Positions 23,670 to 34,000 of a stretch of 44,805 nucleotides of DNA are shown here, in pieces; position 1 is the stretch's first letter; each line of letters opens with the position of its first letter. The position numbers were made by a program, and so were the translations under genes. A model generated the notes under the pieces. It made no database searches. It saw only the letters and a list, made by a program, of their open reading frames with translations, and was not told where the DNA came from. Origin of the DNA: Pirellulaceae bacterium (lineage in GTDB: Bacteria; Planctomycetota; Planctomycetia; Pirellulales; Pirellulaceae); contig JBILTA010000817.1 of NCBI GenBank assembly GCA_044371785.1, forward strand, positions 1 through 44,805. Direction: 5' to 3'.

Positions 23670-24072
23670 TAGATTTTATCGTATTTGCTTTGTAGGAGAT
23701 AACCCAGACATTTCCTTTCACGTATCCCTGTGTTGAATCAATACGATCTAGAGTTGGGGAATTTGGGCATACATTGCCACTACCGGGAAATAGTTCAATT
23801 CCCAATAAAGGACATTTAGCAGGAATCTGAATATCTTCTATTGTTATGTTGTGCTCGAACCCTTTTTTCTTGGCTCGGCTCTTGCTGCGATCTAGCATGT
23901 AGGCTTCAAGGGTATTACCTTTACCGTGTGTAATCAGATTGGCTCCACGAAGGCATCCGCATGACTTCTGACCAGATTTAACTGCGTCATCACGGATTTC
24001 TTTGATGTTGCCACAATGGCATTGATAAATTGAATATCGGTCCCTAGAAGCCTCTCTGAGGCGTTCTAACAT
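23602..24072 (-). CDS. HNH-superfamily (HNH_3-like) homing-endonuclease-like protein
   Basis: An N-terminal Cys cluster (CHCGN..CGC) and ..LDRIDSTQGYVKGNVWVISYKANTIK... The last 68 nt overlap the terL start. Confidence 0.55.
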   Translation of the reverse strand: MLERLREASRDRYSIYQCHCGNIKEIRDDAVKSGQKSCGCLRGANLITHGKGNTLEAYMLDRSKSRAKKKGFEHNITIEDIQIPAKCPLLGIELFPGSGNVCPNSPTLDRIDSTQGYVKGNVWVISYKANTIKSNATPEELLRIATRLADFIEGRL

Positions 24073-24090
24073 TGATTGATCTGTATATAC

Positions 24091-24122
24091 TAAAAAGCCC
24101 CCACAGGCGTGCTGCAGGGGCT
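24091..24122 (-). terminator. Terminator-like hairpin between the two HNH genes
   Basis: The - strand reads AGCCCC-(14 nt)-GGGGCT followed by TTTTTA. Confidence 0.45.
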
Positions 24123-24143
24123 CCTAGATAGCTCTGAGAGTGT

Positions 24144-24470
24144 TTATTGAATATGTTGAAGAATGAGACGTTCTCTTGGTGTAATGCCAAAAGTTTTTCT
24201 CATCCATTGAAGCCAGTTATTACTACCTTTGTCCTGATTACACTTCCAGCAACTTGGTACGAGATTTGAGGTAAGATCTTCTCCTCCAAAGCACTTAGGT
24301 TTGACATGATCGAGTGTAAGTTCGTGTAATTCATAGGTTTCTCCGCAATAGACACATTGACAATCAAAGTGTTCCTTAATAGCACGCCTCCAAAGGCGCT
24401 TTGCTTCAGGGCTTGTCATGGTTATAAGGTTGTGGAGATAGTGATCAGGACTAGGCAGTAACGGTGTCAT
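24144..24470 (-). CDS. HNH endonuclease
   Basis: CQCVYCGETYELHELTLDHVKPKCFGGEDLTSNLVPSCWKCNQDKG is a classic CxxC...DH...N...CxxCN HNH core. Confidence 0.8.
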   Translation of the reverse strand: MTPLLPSPDHYLHNLITMTSPEAKRLWRRAIKEHFDCQCVYCGETYELHELTLDHVKPKCFGGEDLTSNLVPSCWKCNQDKGSNNWLQWMRKTFGITPRERLILQHIQ

Positions 24471-24724
24471 GATGCGTACTTCTTACCAGTACGTGGCCTA
24501 CGCCGATTTGTGGATGGATTCTCTTTCTTTCCAGTCTTTGGCCCTGTATGAGACGCATCCATGCCGTCTCCATTACCGTATGTACCGAGTTGGCGGTTCA
24601 ATTTGTTCGCATTAGTGCGAATCTTTAGACCTTCAGTCGTCTTGTTATACTTTGCTTGTTGTTCTAGACGCTTTTTACGAGCTTCGGGGTTCTGTTTGTA
24701 GTAATTAGAAGTCTTTCCTGCCAT
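24467..24724 (-). CDS. Hypothetical, highly basic protein
   Basis: The ATG at 24724 (the track start at 24742 is TTG) gives MAGKTSNYYKQNPEARKKRLEQQAKYNK...GTYGNGDGMDASH... It resembles an uncharacterised family seen in marine podoviruses, from memory only. Confidence 0.5.
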   Translation of the reverse strand: MAGKTSNYYKQNPEARKKRLEQQAKYNKTTEGLKIRTNANKLNRQLGTYGNGDGMDASHTGPKTGKKENPSTNRRRPRTGKKYAS

Positions 24725-24956
24725 AAAGCCTCGTATGAACAAGTTCTGGATCTACTTTTGGGAGTATTGTGGCTAGTTTTTCCAATGGACTACCTTCCAT
24801 TGCCACACCACTGATGTCATTTTTGGCTAACCAGTCACATGCTGCCTTCAAATCAGCTGTACTTGCTTCACCAGATTTAATTCTGTTGAGGAGTTCTCGA
24901 GTTACCATGTTATGTAACTCGTTAAACATGTCCTCTGTGGCCTTCTTGCTAGCCAT
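24705..24956 (-). CDS. terS: Terminase small subunit (T7 gp18-like), by position and size
   Basis: 83 aa, helical, in the position after the lysis genes and before terL. The similarity pattern to gp18 is weak. Confidence 0.5.
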   Translation of the reverse strand: MASKKATEDMFNELHNMVTRELLNRIKSGEASTADLKAACDWLAKNDISGVAMEGSPLEKLATILPKVDPELVHTRLYGRKDF

Positions 24957-25182
24957 TTCTCAATACAATCTGATCTAATTTGTTTTCGATGCGGATCATG
25001 TGATCTTCCATCTTCTGAAGAGCGGTAGACAGCTCTTGCTTTTGCACATAATGCTCGGCAACACGAAGCTCTACCTTGTCAATTCGAGAATCGACTTCGA
25101 CAATCTTGTTATTAAGTCGTGTAGTAAGGGCTACCATTGCTGTAACTACAGCGATGCCAGCAGATACGGCGGCTTCAATCAT
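24949..25182 (-). CDS. N-terminal TM plus coiled-coil protein; candidate i-spanin or holin partner
   Basis: MIEAAVSAGIAVVTAMVALTT followed by a heptad-like helix. It lies immediately after the endolysin, in the T7 gp18.5-like position. Confidence 0.5.
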   Translation of the reverse strand: MIEAAVSAGIAVVTAMVALTTRLNNKIVEVDSRIDKVELRVAEHYVQKQELSTALQKMEDHMIRIENKLDQIVLRNG

Positions 25183-26143
25183 GTTCCCGTAAGAGTCGGA
25201 TTAGCTTTTCTGCATACAATGGATCTGTAGCATATTGTTCAACGACAAGAAGTCGTGCACATTCTTCAGCAGAGGTTGCTCTGTTGACCCCTTTGAAGCG
25301 TTTGTAGTCTCGATACCAGCGATCTACAAGGTAAGAGATACAAGTCTGGAGATCTGGGAAGTCAATAAAGCCTGCTTTAATTGTGATCCACTTGCCATTG
25401 ATGAATTCTTTAGTCTCTCGTTCTGAACCAGAACCCTTGAGACCAAATGCGTTCCAGGTTCCAGAAAAATGCTTGCCAAAACCACTCTCAAGTGCCCATT
25501 GTGCAGCCACAACTTCAGCGAATTTAGCTCCAGCTTCCTTTGCACATGCCTTCACACCCTGCCAGGTGTTTTCAACAGTGGTTACAGGACGTGTTTGTTG
25601 TGTTGGACGGAAGGTCATGAACCAGCCAGTCCCTGAGCCTTCTACTTCCCAGCGCTTTAGCCAGTTCTTCCATGTGTATTTAACACTCTTACCGCCGGAG
25701 CCAACCTTGATGTAGCCACCGTTGACGTTATCCATCTCACCGTATGGATCATGGAAGATTCCACGCTCTCCATCATCACCAATCAGCAGCATCCAGTGGC
25801 CACCACCAACTGGATTGGAGACATGGCCTTTATGTAAGATCCCAACAGCAACTGGGAAGCCAGCTTTTAGTTCATTAAGTAAGGTTTGCTTCGTACCTTT
25901 CTGGTAAAAGCAAGCTAAAACACCGTACTGCTGACAAGCTTTGATTTGGCTGGTGGATTGAGTTGTATCACCGTATTTGAGAACTGTTCTCAAGTAATCA
26001 TCATCTGCATTACTACCCTTCAATGCATCAGGACGGAGATACTTGATGGCCATAGCACATGTCGAGCTAAAGCACATTCGATCTCCGTGACCTGTTGCAC
26101 TGTCAGTTTGTGGATAGTACTGCTTAACGTCTAGCAGTACCAT
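25175..26143 (-). CDS. Two-domain endolysin: N-terminal papain-like (C39-like) cysteine peptidase plus C-terminal glucosaminidase (GH73/FlgJ-like)
   Basis: N-terminus: Cys..His..Asp (MCFSSTCAM.., GGGHWMLLIGDD, FHDPYG). C-terminus: ..VVAAQWALESGFGKH..NAFGLKG..EF.NGKW.. Confidence 0.75.
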   Translation of the reverse strand: MVLLDVKQYYPQTDSATGHGDRMCFSSTCAMAIKYLRPDALKGSNADDDYLRTVLKYGDTTQSTSQIKACQQYGVLACFYQKGTKQTLLNELKAGFPVAVGILHKGHVSNPVGGGHWMLLIGDDGERGIFHDPYGEMDNVNGGYIKVGSGGKSVKYTWKNWLKRWEVEGSGTGWFMTFRPTQQTRPVTTVENTWQGVKACAKEAGAKFAEVVAAQWALESGFGKHFSGTWNAFGLKGSGSERETKEFINGKWITIKAGFIDFPDLQTCISYLVDRWYRDYKRFKGVNRATSAEECARLLVVEQYATDPLYAEKLIRLLREHD

Positions 26144-26148
26144 GATGT

Positions 26149-26346
26149 TTACTTCAGAGTGTCTTTGATCCGTTGGATCTGATCGTCTTCCTTACGCAGA
26201 GGCTTTAGAGCATTCACTCCGCTAAGGATAAGTTGTACGACGCCGTTATCCTTCAGTTTGGAAGCACCGATGACCTCGGAGCCAAGGAACAGCGCAAGGA
26301 AAGCAAGTGCCTCATAGGACACTTTGATGCCAAGAAAAGTGATCAT
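26149..26346 (-). CDS. Holin candidate
   Basis: 65 aa with the hydrophobic segment ALAFLALFLGSEVIGA and a charged C-terminus, directly upstream of the endolysin. Confidence 0.45.
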   Translation of the reverse strand: MITFLGIKVSYEALAFLALFLGSEVIGASKLKDNGVVQLILSGVNALKPLRKEDDQIQRIKDTLK

Positions 26347-26813
26347 TGTTCTTCAGGGTTAGTAATTTCAGGAACAGCTTCTTCCCATGCATTAAATTCA
26401 GGACCAGTCACATAGGCAGCAAGCTCATCAGTGGAAGCGGTAGCGGCCAGCAAGGCTTCTTTTTCGTTGCTTAGGGTGCGTATATAGGAACGCTTATCAA
26501 GCACGCTCTGAGGGGCAGCTAGACCTGTTTCAGAAGCACGTGTGATGTACCAGTCGGTTTGCGAAAGAAGAGCGCCAGCAGTTGCTTTGACTTGGGCAGT
26601 CCATTGTTCGACAAGCTGGGCGTGATCCTTTGGATTACCTACACCCCAGTAGAATCTTTGGTCATACCAAGGCTCATCTTCAACCTCAGTAATTCCAATT
26701 GCAGCACGCTCTTCAGGACTGGATAGACGTAACCAATTAGCTGGATACTGCGTACCATCTTCAGTTGTAAATGCCCGGTCAGGTGACAAGGGCTGATTGT
26801 TAAGTATAAACAT
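26343..26813 (-). CDS. Tail-fibre-associated protein (DUF4376-like C-terminus)
   Basis: ..LLSQTDWYITRASETGLAAPQSVLDKRSYIRTLSNEKEALLAATASTDELAAY.. resembles the DUF4376 / tail-fibre chaperone-like pattern. It is positioned after the fibre genes. Confidence 0.5.
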   Translation of the reverse strand: MFILNNQPLSPDRAFTTEDGTQYPANWLRLSSPEERAAIGITEVEDEPWYDQRFYWGVGNPKDHAQLVEQWTAQVKATAGALLSQTDWYITRASETGLAAPQSVLDKRSYIRTLSNEKEALLAATASTDELAAYVTGPEFNAWEEAVPEITNPEEQ

Positions 26814-26831
26814 GATTAGTCTTGTTCACTA

Positions 26832-29246
26832 CTAGCGAGCGCGAGCGTATTGGAAGGGCGATTCGGCAAAAGCAGCGTATACAATCTGATTGGTGCTTCC
26901 GTTCCAGTTGCTTAAACTGTCTCTAATCTTGAAGCCATTGGAAACAATATCCAAGACACTGGATGAAGATTCTGCGCTAGATGTATTGGGCTGTAGGTAC
27001 TTGTCAGCCACGTTGTATTCGTTTCTGGCAGTGTCAAAGAGTTGCCAGTTATTTGTGCCAACAGTGTTCTTGACAAGAATCCACCTTGGGCGGAATCCGC
27101 AGAACACAAACGGCCCATCCGCGCTGCCGTTGCCGGTGTAGCTGCCAAAGGCGCTGTAGCCTGCTACCGGGGCAAAGCAGTAGGCCAACTGCAAACCCCC
27201 GTTATTATTCACGCCAACATCAGTTCCAACACTAAAGACAGTTGATGTTGGAACCGTGCTATTCCACGCGGCCGCCAGCGTCGCTTTTGCACCAGTTGTA
27301 TTAAGCAAAAGATACTCTGTACCCAAAAGCGCCGTATGCCAAACCCCCCAATTTCCAACAGTATTTGATCTTGATTTGCAGATCACAAGGCTAGGAGCAA
27401 CACCCAGGCCGTGTCCCACAGTGGCATTGGCACCTGTGCCCGTATAAGTAACAATCGAAAATCCTGCACTTGCATTGGCCCTGACGTTACTCGTGATGGA
27501 GCCTGCGGTATTGGTGACGGTGCTGCTGCCTGCGTCCCAGGTCCAAGCAACATAAGTTGTGCTGCTAGCATTAAAATCAACGCCGTTAGTAAAACCGTCG
27601 GAGTTAAATGAGGTTACAGCAGCATAAGTCGTTTCAGCATCAGTTGTATTTGATGTCAATCCTTTACCAGTACCTCTGACAGCATCAAAAAGTCCGTGAA
27701 TAAAGGCGCCGCTTCTTGCCTTTAGCCAAACAAAATCTGGCGAGAACCCTAACCCTGAGATTGTTTGCGTGCTCCCATTGCCCGTGTAGAGCTTCACATC
27801 AAAGACGCTACTAGGCTTCGTGACTACTGGGGCGGGCAGGTTGGCCGTGCACAGCGCCTTGAAGCCACTGGGGGCGGTATAGGCAAAACTACGAGCGCCT
27901 GTGTTTAGTGTTCCGGCCCAAGTGCCGTATCCTTGAGCAAACAAATAATAAGTTACTCCCGTAGTAAATGTAGTTGTGGCATTTGTGCCAGACGCAGGAT
28001 TGCCGGAAAGCTCCCACGTTCCGTTTCGAGAAAACCATAACTTTCCAGCATCAAAATCTACGGCAACGCCAATCACATCTCCATTTGTCAAGGTGCTCAA
28101 TCCACTTACCAGGACAACACTATTACCTGCAACAACTGACCCGGATCTAACACGGCTGTTTGAAGTCTCAGCAAAGCCATAATTTGACGGATTGGCACTT
28201 CTAATTTGAGTTACGTCTATAATGCCTGTCCCGTTTGTTGAGCCATTGGTCGTGTTGGTGTATTCAAAATACCATTTACCAGTCGACAAAGCAAAAGTGC
28301 TTAATGCTCCAAAATAAGCACTGCCAGATGAAGCGGCAATGTCAAGGTTGCCGTTAGCAAGTGTGGCAATAGTTTGACTTGATACTGCTATTGGATTAAA
28401 CGTCGCATAATTCCCCCTTACCTCACCGCCCACGCCGGTGTCAGGCTGTACGCCATTAGTGGGAACGTCTACGAGCGAATCATTGCCAGCACCAGCCGTC
28501 ACGCTCAGGTTGAAAGGTGTCCAGTTGTTGCCGTTGCCACTCGTATCCTTTCCAAGAGTGGTTGCAGTGTTGCTGCTGTTGTCCGCAAAATCAAGCTTGA
28601 AACCGTTGGTGCCGTAGGTGCCGCTGTAGCGCTTGGGTTGCCAGATGCCGTTGGTGTCAAACTCACCGAAGCTAGAAGGTGTTAATGCTTGGCCGTCAAT
28701 GAAGTGAATGTCGGCTAGGTAGCTGTCCAAGTAAACCTGTGACGAACCAAGGTCGCGCCCAATCCTGTGCCCATTGACGGTGTTGATCTCTGTTTCGGTG
28801 TTTTGTGGAACGTAGTTTGCTACGTCCAGAGTCGTTATTTGATTTCCGTTTACATACAGCTTGTATCTATTCGAGGCCGTTGCCTGCGTAGTGTCTACCG
28901 AAATGACAATGTGATACCACGCAGAAGAATCTCTAAATACCTGCGTGGTAGTAAGACAAGCTATTCCTGAAATGACAAAAAGTAGCTTGTCCGAAGCGTT
29001 AAAGAAGAGCCAGGTTGTTGTCGTGCCTGTGTTTCCCGTTGAGCACAGAAACAGAAACTGCTCGGTCTGTCTTATCGCACTCCGCTTCACCCATCCCGCC
29101 CAGGTCCACGTCTTGCGGTTACCAGCCGATGCAGGTGTCCTTGATAAATAGGCCGAGTCTGCTGAGTTGAACCTCAGCGACCGCGAGATCTGATATCCTG
29201 CACTACCTTCCTGCCCCAACAGTAACGGGTTGTTAATCACACTCAT
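26832..29246 (-). CDS. Large distal tail / receptor-binding candidate with LamG-like and SPRY-like beta-sandwich modules
   Basis: N-terminus: LRFNSADSAYLSRTP..GNRKTWTWAGWVKRS (LamG/ConA-like). Middle: STGKWYFEYT..GVAVDFDAGKLWFSRNGTW (SPRY signature). Translationally coupled to the tail fibre. Confidence 0.7.
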   Translation of the reverse strand: MSVINNPLLLGQEGSAGYQISRSLRFNSADSAYLSRTPASAGNRKTWTWAGWVKRSAIRQTEQFLFLCSTGNTGTTTTWLFFNASDKLLFVISGIACLTTTQVFRDSSAWYHIVISVDTTQATASNRYKLYVNGNQITTLDVANYVPQNTETEINTVNGHRIGRDLGSSQVYLDSYLADIHFIDGQALTPSSFGEFDTNGIWQPKRYSGTYGTNGFKLDFADNSSNTATTLGKDTSGNGNNWTPFNLSVTAGAGNDSLVDVPTNGVQPDTGVGGEVRGNYATFNPIAVSSQTIATLANGNLDIAASSGSAYFGALSTFALSTGKWYFEYTNTTNGSTNGTGIIDVTQIRSANPSNYGFAETSNSRVRSGSVVAGNSVVLVSGLSTLTNGDVIGVAVDFDAGKLWFSRNGTWELSGNPASGTNATTTFTTGVTYYLFAQGYGTWAGTLNTGARSFAYTAPSGFKALCTANLPAPVVTKPSSVFDVKLYTGNGSTQTISGLGFSPDFVWLKARSGAFIHGLFDAVRGTGKGLTSNTTDAETTYAAVTSFNSDGFTNGVDFNASSTTYVAWTWDAGSSTVTNTAGSITSNVRANASAGFSIVTYTGTGANATVGHGLGVAPSLVICKSRSNTVGNWGVWHTALLGTEYLLLNTTGAKATLAAAWNSTVPTSTVFSVGTDVGVNNNGGLQLAYCFAPVAGYSAFGSYTGNGSADGPFVFCGFRPRWILVKNTVGTNNWQLFDTARNEYNVADKYLQPNTSSAESSSSVLDIVSNGFKIRDSLSNWNGSTNQIVYAAFAESPFQYARAR

Positions 29247-31057
29247 TTCACGTCACCAATAAAGCGGACAGCAATTCGAGTTGCTGACTCACAGTGGTAG
29301 GCCAGCAAATCCACAGCATTTGCTGTTGTTGTGAGCGTCGGAGCAGTGCCTCCTGGGAACTTGAAGACACTGTTGTAGGCAAGCGTTCTAGAGCCGGTGG
29401 CGTCTTGCACAACCCGTATTACACCACTCTGTCCTGCTACAACATTGGTAGGAGCACCAAGGGTGCGGTTGCCACCAAGTGTGACTTGGAACTGGTTACC
29501 AAGGCTCAGGTCCGTGGCAATCGTTGCTGCATCGGTGAGGGTAACGTAAGCACCACGTTGTGCAGCAGTGAATGTCTGAGCCGATCCAAGTGCTGCATAT
29601 CCGCTGATTGAAGCACCTGCTGGGATCGTGACTGTACCTGTAAATGTTGGACTAGCAACAGGTGCGTAAGTAGAACTAGCAGCTGCAGTTGTCAGGTAGC
29701 TACTCATCCCTGACTGTGTTTGGTATGTGCTAGCAGCGTTAGCAGTTGTCAGGTACGACGACATACCTGTTTGTGTCTGATAGGTAGAAGCTGCCGTTGT
29801 AGTGTCCAGGTATCCTGTGATCGACGAACCTGCTGGGATTGTGACCGAATTTGCAAAGGTCGCATTTCCAGACGAATCAAATGTCAGTCTGGGCGTGCCT
29901 CCAGTTACCAGTGCAAGCTCATCAGCGCCTGTGTGAGCAATACCTGTATTTGTATCGCCATCAAAAGAGTAGACAGGTGCAGTTGTGGATGTACTATCGT
30001 CGGCTTTGAGTTGTCCCGTCATGCTTCCGCCTGAAAGCTTCAGATAGCGTGTTTCTGAATTATTGGGGAAGTAGTTCAGCCAGTTCCATGTAGATCCTGT
30101 AGTGGTGTACTGCATCCTCACGCTAAGACCACTATCACCAACAAATCCTGCTGGTCTGTTAAAAACTGGACTAAAGCTTTCAATTCCGGTTGAGTCTGCA
30201 ACTTCAATTGCGTATTGATTGGCAGGGCTACTGGGAATCGCGGCTACATTTGCGACTATTACATACTGTACTGAGCTTGCTACCGCGTTAATTGCTGCAG
30301 TTGCATTTGTGTTCGCAGTGTTTGCAGTTGAAACTGCATTAGAGGCGTTTGTATTGGCTGTATTAGCTGTGGACAGCGCGGTATTCGCTGTAGACAGAGC
30401 TGTTGATGCATTGGTTGCTGCTGTATTGGCCGTCGATGTTGCAGTGTTTGCAGTGGTTACGGCATTATTGGCAGCTGTTGTTGCACTTGTTGCAGCACTT
30501 GAAGCGGCAGTTGCTGTTGATGCTGCACTGTTGGCTGTACTAAGTGCAGTTGCAGCATTTGTGGCAGCGGTGTTTGCTGTTGACAGAGCAGTACTGGCGT
30601 TAGTACTTGCAGTATTAGCGGTTGTCACTGCAGCACTGGCATTTGCAGCCGCTGTATTGGCTGTGCTCACAGCTGTATTTGCTGAGCTTACAGCTGCCGT
30701 GGAATTCGACAGTGCAGTGCTCGATGCTGCTGTAGCAGTTGCCGCATCATTCTTTGACTCCTGGCTTGCAAACAGAATCTGATCAAAGTTATCATTCAGA
30801 TCCTGAGCCCTGATTGCAGCTCCAGGAACAAATGTAGCCTTTGCATTCTCGTCATCAGTGTCACGATAAATGCGAATGGCTACACCATTGGCTGGAGCTG
30901 TGTTGAACTGGACTGTTGTAGCATTGGCCAGGGTATATGCAGTTGTCACTACTCCACCAAGACTTACCTTGATGTCCGTAGTCTCAATATATGGGAAGCT
31001 AAAAGAATAGAGAACGGTTGACCCGTTCCCTGTGTATGTATTCTGAATAACAGCCAT
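29243..31057 (-). CDS. Tail fibre (T7 gp17-like N-terminal adaptor domain)
   Basis: The N-terminus MAVIQNTYTGNGSTVLYSFSFPYIETTDIKVSL...AAIRAQDLNDNFDQILFASQE parallels the T7 gp17 N-terminus. It is followed by an A/T/N/S heptad shaft. Confidence 0.85.
   Translation of the reverse strand: MAVIQNTYTGNGSTVLYSFSFPYIETTDIKVSLGGVVTTAYTLANATTVQFNTAPANGVAIRIYRDTDDENAKATFVPGAAIRAQDLNDNFDQILFASQESKNDAATATAASSTALSNSTAAVSSANTAVSTANTAAANASAAVTTANTASTNASTALSTANTAATNAATALSTANSAASTATAASSAATSATTAANNAVTTANTATSTANTAATNASTALSTANTALSTANTANTNASNAVSTANTANTNATAAINAVASSVQYVIVANVAAIPSSPANQYAIEVADSTGIESFSPVFNRPAGFVGDSGLSVRMQYTTTGSTWNWLNYFPNNSETRYLKLSGGSMTGQLKADDSTSTTAPVYSFDGDTNTGIAHTGADELALVTGGTPRLTFDSSGNATFANSVTIPAGSSITGYLDTTTAASTYQTQTGMSSYLTTANAASTYQTQSGMSSYLTTAAASSTYAPVASPTFTGTVTIPAGASISGYAALGSAQTFTAAQRGAYVTLTDAATIATDLSLGNQFQVTLGGNRTLGAPTNVVAGQSGVIRVVQDATGSRTLAYNSVFKFPGGTAPTLTTTANAVDLLAYHCESATRIAVRFIGDVK
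30278..30748 (-). repeat. About 21-nt periodic coding repeat (heptads such as STANTAA/TNASTAL) inside the tail fibre
   Basis: About 157 aa consist almost only of A, T, N and S with 7-aa periodicity. This also creates the spurious AV-rich + strand ORF 30219..30782. Confidence 0.8.
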
Positions 31058-31076
31058 TGCTTACCTTCTTGATAGG

Positions 31077-34000
31077 TTAATACGACATTGTTTGTTCCAT
31101 GTTCTTCAGGAACTTCTCAGCACCAGCAACATCTCCAACCTGTAGGAAGTTATCAATCGTCTGGTTCTTATAAACCTTCTGAGAGATTCCATCACGTGTG
31201 GAGACCTGGGCTTCAGCAATACGCATCGATGATCGAAGGGCGGAATCTAGGTAGAGCTGAAGATTATTCATTGTATTAAGGTCCGGATTCAAACCCTTAT
31301 CCCTTGCAGCCTTAAACTGTCTTCGGAATTCTTTGGCATCCTCTGTCTTCATAATGCGCTGGATCTCTTGCTTGAAGATACCCATCTTGCCCATCATGCT
31401 TGTTACTTCAGCACGTTCCTCATTGCTGTACTCAACACCACGACCATTAGTCCGTAGTGTTGGACGTGCATCGTATTCAACGTCAATCAGGAATTGCTTC
31501 TCTGGAGAGATCTCACCACTTACCTTCCAAGGAAGATAGGTGTTCCAAACACGGGCAAAGAAGTTAACAGGTTCACCAACCTTGCCACCATCAATCCAGT
31601 CAGCAGCATCAGGTAGATTCTGCTTCAATACTGGGTTACGGTTAGCAACAAGGTCAAAGAAGTTGTTTTCTAGTTCTTTCTTAGCTGGTGAAATCAAACG
31701 TGCAAACTCAGCCATCAGGCTGGAGCCAGGCATCATCGCAGCTGGAACGAATGATGATGTCCAACGATTAATTGCACCAACATCACCACTTACAACATCA
31801 TTAAGAGGTTCTAGCGCGGTCAGCATTGACTTATCCTTGATTGCTGAACTTAGTACAAATCCAGCAATCCTAAAACTCTCTGCGAGCTCCGCAGAACTCA
31901 AGGAATCAAAATTATCCATGATGGTCGCTGTTATTGCTACCCAATCACTTACACCAGGAATGCCGTCATAACTCACCCATTCTCCTCCAGGTGTACGGAT
32001 TGAGCGCTTTGGCCAACCTGCTTCCCTACGGACACGCTGCTTCTCAGCATCGTATAGACCATCACCAGTCAGGTTTCCTGCCATATAAAGGCCAATCGCT
32101 GAGGTCACAGCAATTGTTCCAATAGCCCTACGACCTCTCAGGATTGCTTGTTCAGTCTTATAGACACTCTCAATGTTCTCCATTGTGGAGTCAATACCCC
32201 TGGAGGCAAGTAGACGCTCAACATCTGGACCACTTAATTCATTGAAATTCTTACTGAATGCCTCTGTTCTCCGAATAAACTCTCCTACCGGTGACTGACT
32301 TATGGCATATGTAGCCATATTAAGCGGTGTCTTTGTGAATAGAAAGAACGGTTTTAAGATCGGTGCTGCACGTAACAAAGCGGATATAGCATCATTTGCC
32401 TTGTTGTCTAGAGCCATCGAAATTTCACCTGATGCATATCTAACAGCAGAGTCAGTAATGTTGTCGTTCTCATCAAAGAACTCAGCGTAGACCTCTTTTG
32501 AAAGCCTTTCAGCAGCCTCTTTATCCAGCGGAAACTTACCACCCTGAGTTACCTTGTCCCATGCCCTACCGCGTGCTTCCCAGTTGGCAATCACTGCTTG
32601 TGTAAAGCCATCAAACGCTTGCATCCCGCGTGGACCAAAGCGAAGCCATGGGCTGTTTGCAAGGTCATTCTGAGCTTCAACAATGGACATCATTACCTGC
32701 GGACCATAATCGCCTTCTTGTGCTTTGGCATCAGCAAATGCACTTAGCAGCTCTATTTGCTTTTGATCAGCAACGCCAACGTCTTCTCGCAATGCCATAA
32801 CATATGGATCTGATGCAGACCTACGGAAGACTTGGTTCATGTAACTAAGTCCTTTCGTTAAGGTATCCCACGCAGCAGCGTATTGGAACATACCTTTTCT
32901 CACAACCGACACATCACCACTGAACGTACCAGTCAAAACGGCTCCGGCCATTTGTGATACAGCACGCTCTGCAAGTAATACCATGTTAGATACACCAGCC
33001 TTTGTCGGTGTACCTATAGCTCCGAGTGTTGAATTATATAGGTTAGATAAGAATCCTCGTATTAATACTGCAGGTATCTCTGGCTCTCCATCAATGAACG
33101 CTTTAGAGAAGATACCTAGCGAGTTGCGAACATAGTTGTTCAGCTTGCTAATCGTATCAACCTTGCCATCAGTGAACTCATATGCCATTAGCAATGGAGC
33201 AAGCATCTCAGGACGCTGATCCTTGACTTCACGCAATGTATCGACGGTTTGCTTTGCTTCATTCTTGATGCGTTCCATTGCTTCAAGAGTTGCATTGCCT
33301 TCGCTCTGAATCGCTTCTTGAACGCGCTTGGCATACTTTGCATCTGCTTTATCAGCTCCCTTTGCAGTGAACCGATTAAACATATTCAGCATGTTCAAGG
33401 CACGACCACGTGAGTACGAAGTCATGCCCTTCTGTGCCATCAGGAATTCAACCCGATCAAGGATCTGCTCTTGTGCTCGTTCAATCGCAGCAGTGCCATC
33501 CATCAATCGAACACCTTGAGACATATCAGAGACTTGGCCAGCAAAGGATGTCCCGATGTATGCCTGAGCACGCATCACATCCATGTTGGCAAAGTCATCC
33601 ATATACCGATTGATCGTATTGAAGACAGCCGCATATGCTTCACTCTTCAGTACAGGTACACCGGTATCGATGTCCACACCTTGGAACTGTTTAATGGACC
33701 GCTTCAGTTCAGGGGTATCCATCCCGTAGAACTTCATGGCTAGGTCTTCCCCAGCTGCTTTGATTTCTGCGGAACTTAGGTACTTCCCAGATGCTGTGCG
33801 ATAACCGTATTCCCCAGCATCCTTGAGCTGCTCTGCAAGGCCACGAATAATCGCTTCCTGTCCATTGGGGATCTCAAGACCGAACTTCAGTGCCGACTCT
33901 GAAATGACACTACCAACACGACCGTAAACGGTATCAATGTTGTTGTTAATACGAGCCACATCAACTGCAGCACCTACAACACCAAGACTATCTACAGACC

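Noticed and set aside
30219-30782. 187-aa Ala/Val-rich + strand ORF
   Set aside because: It is the reverse-complement artefact of the 21-nt periodic A/T/N/S repeat in the tail fibre gene.
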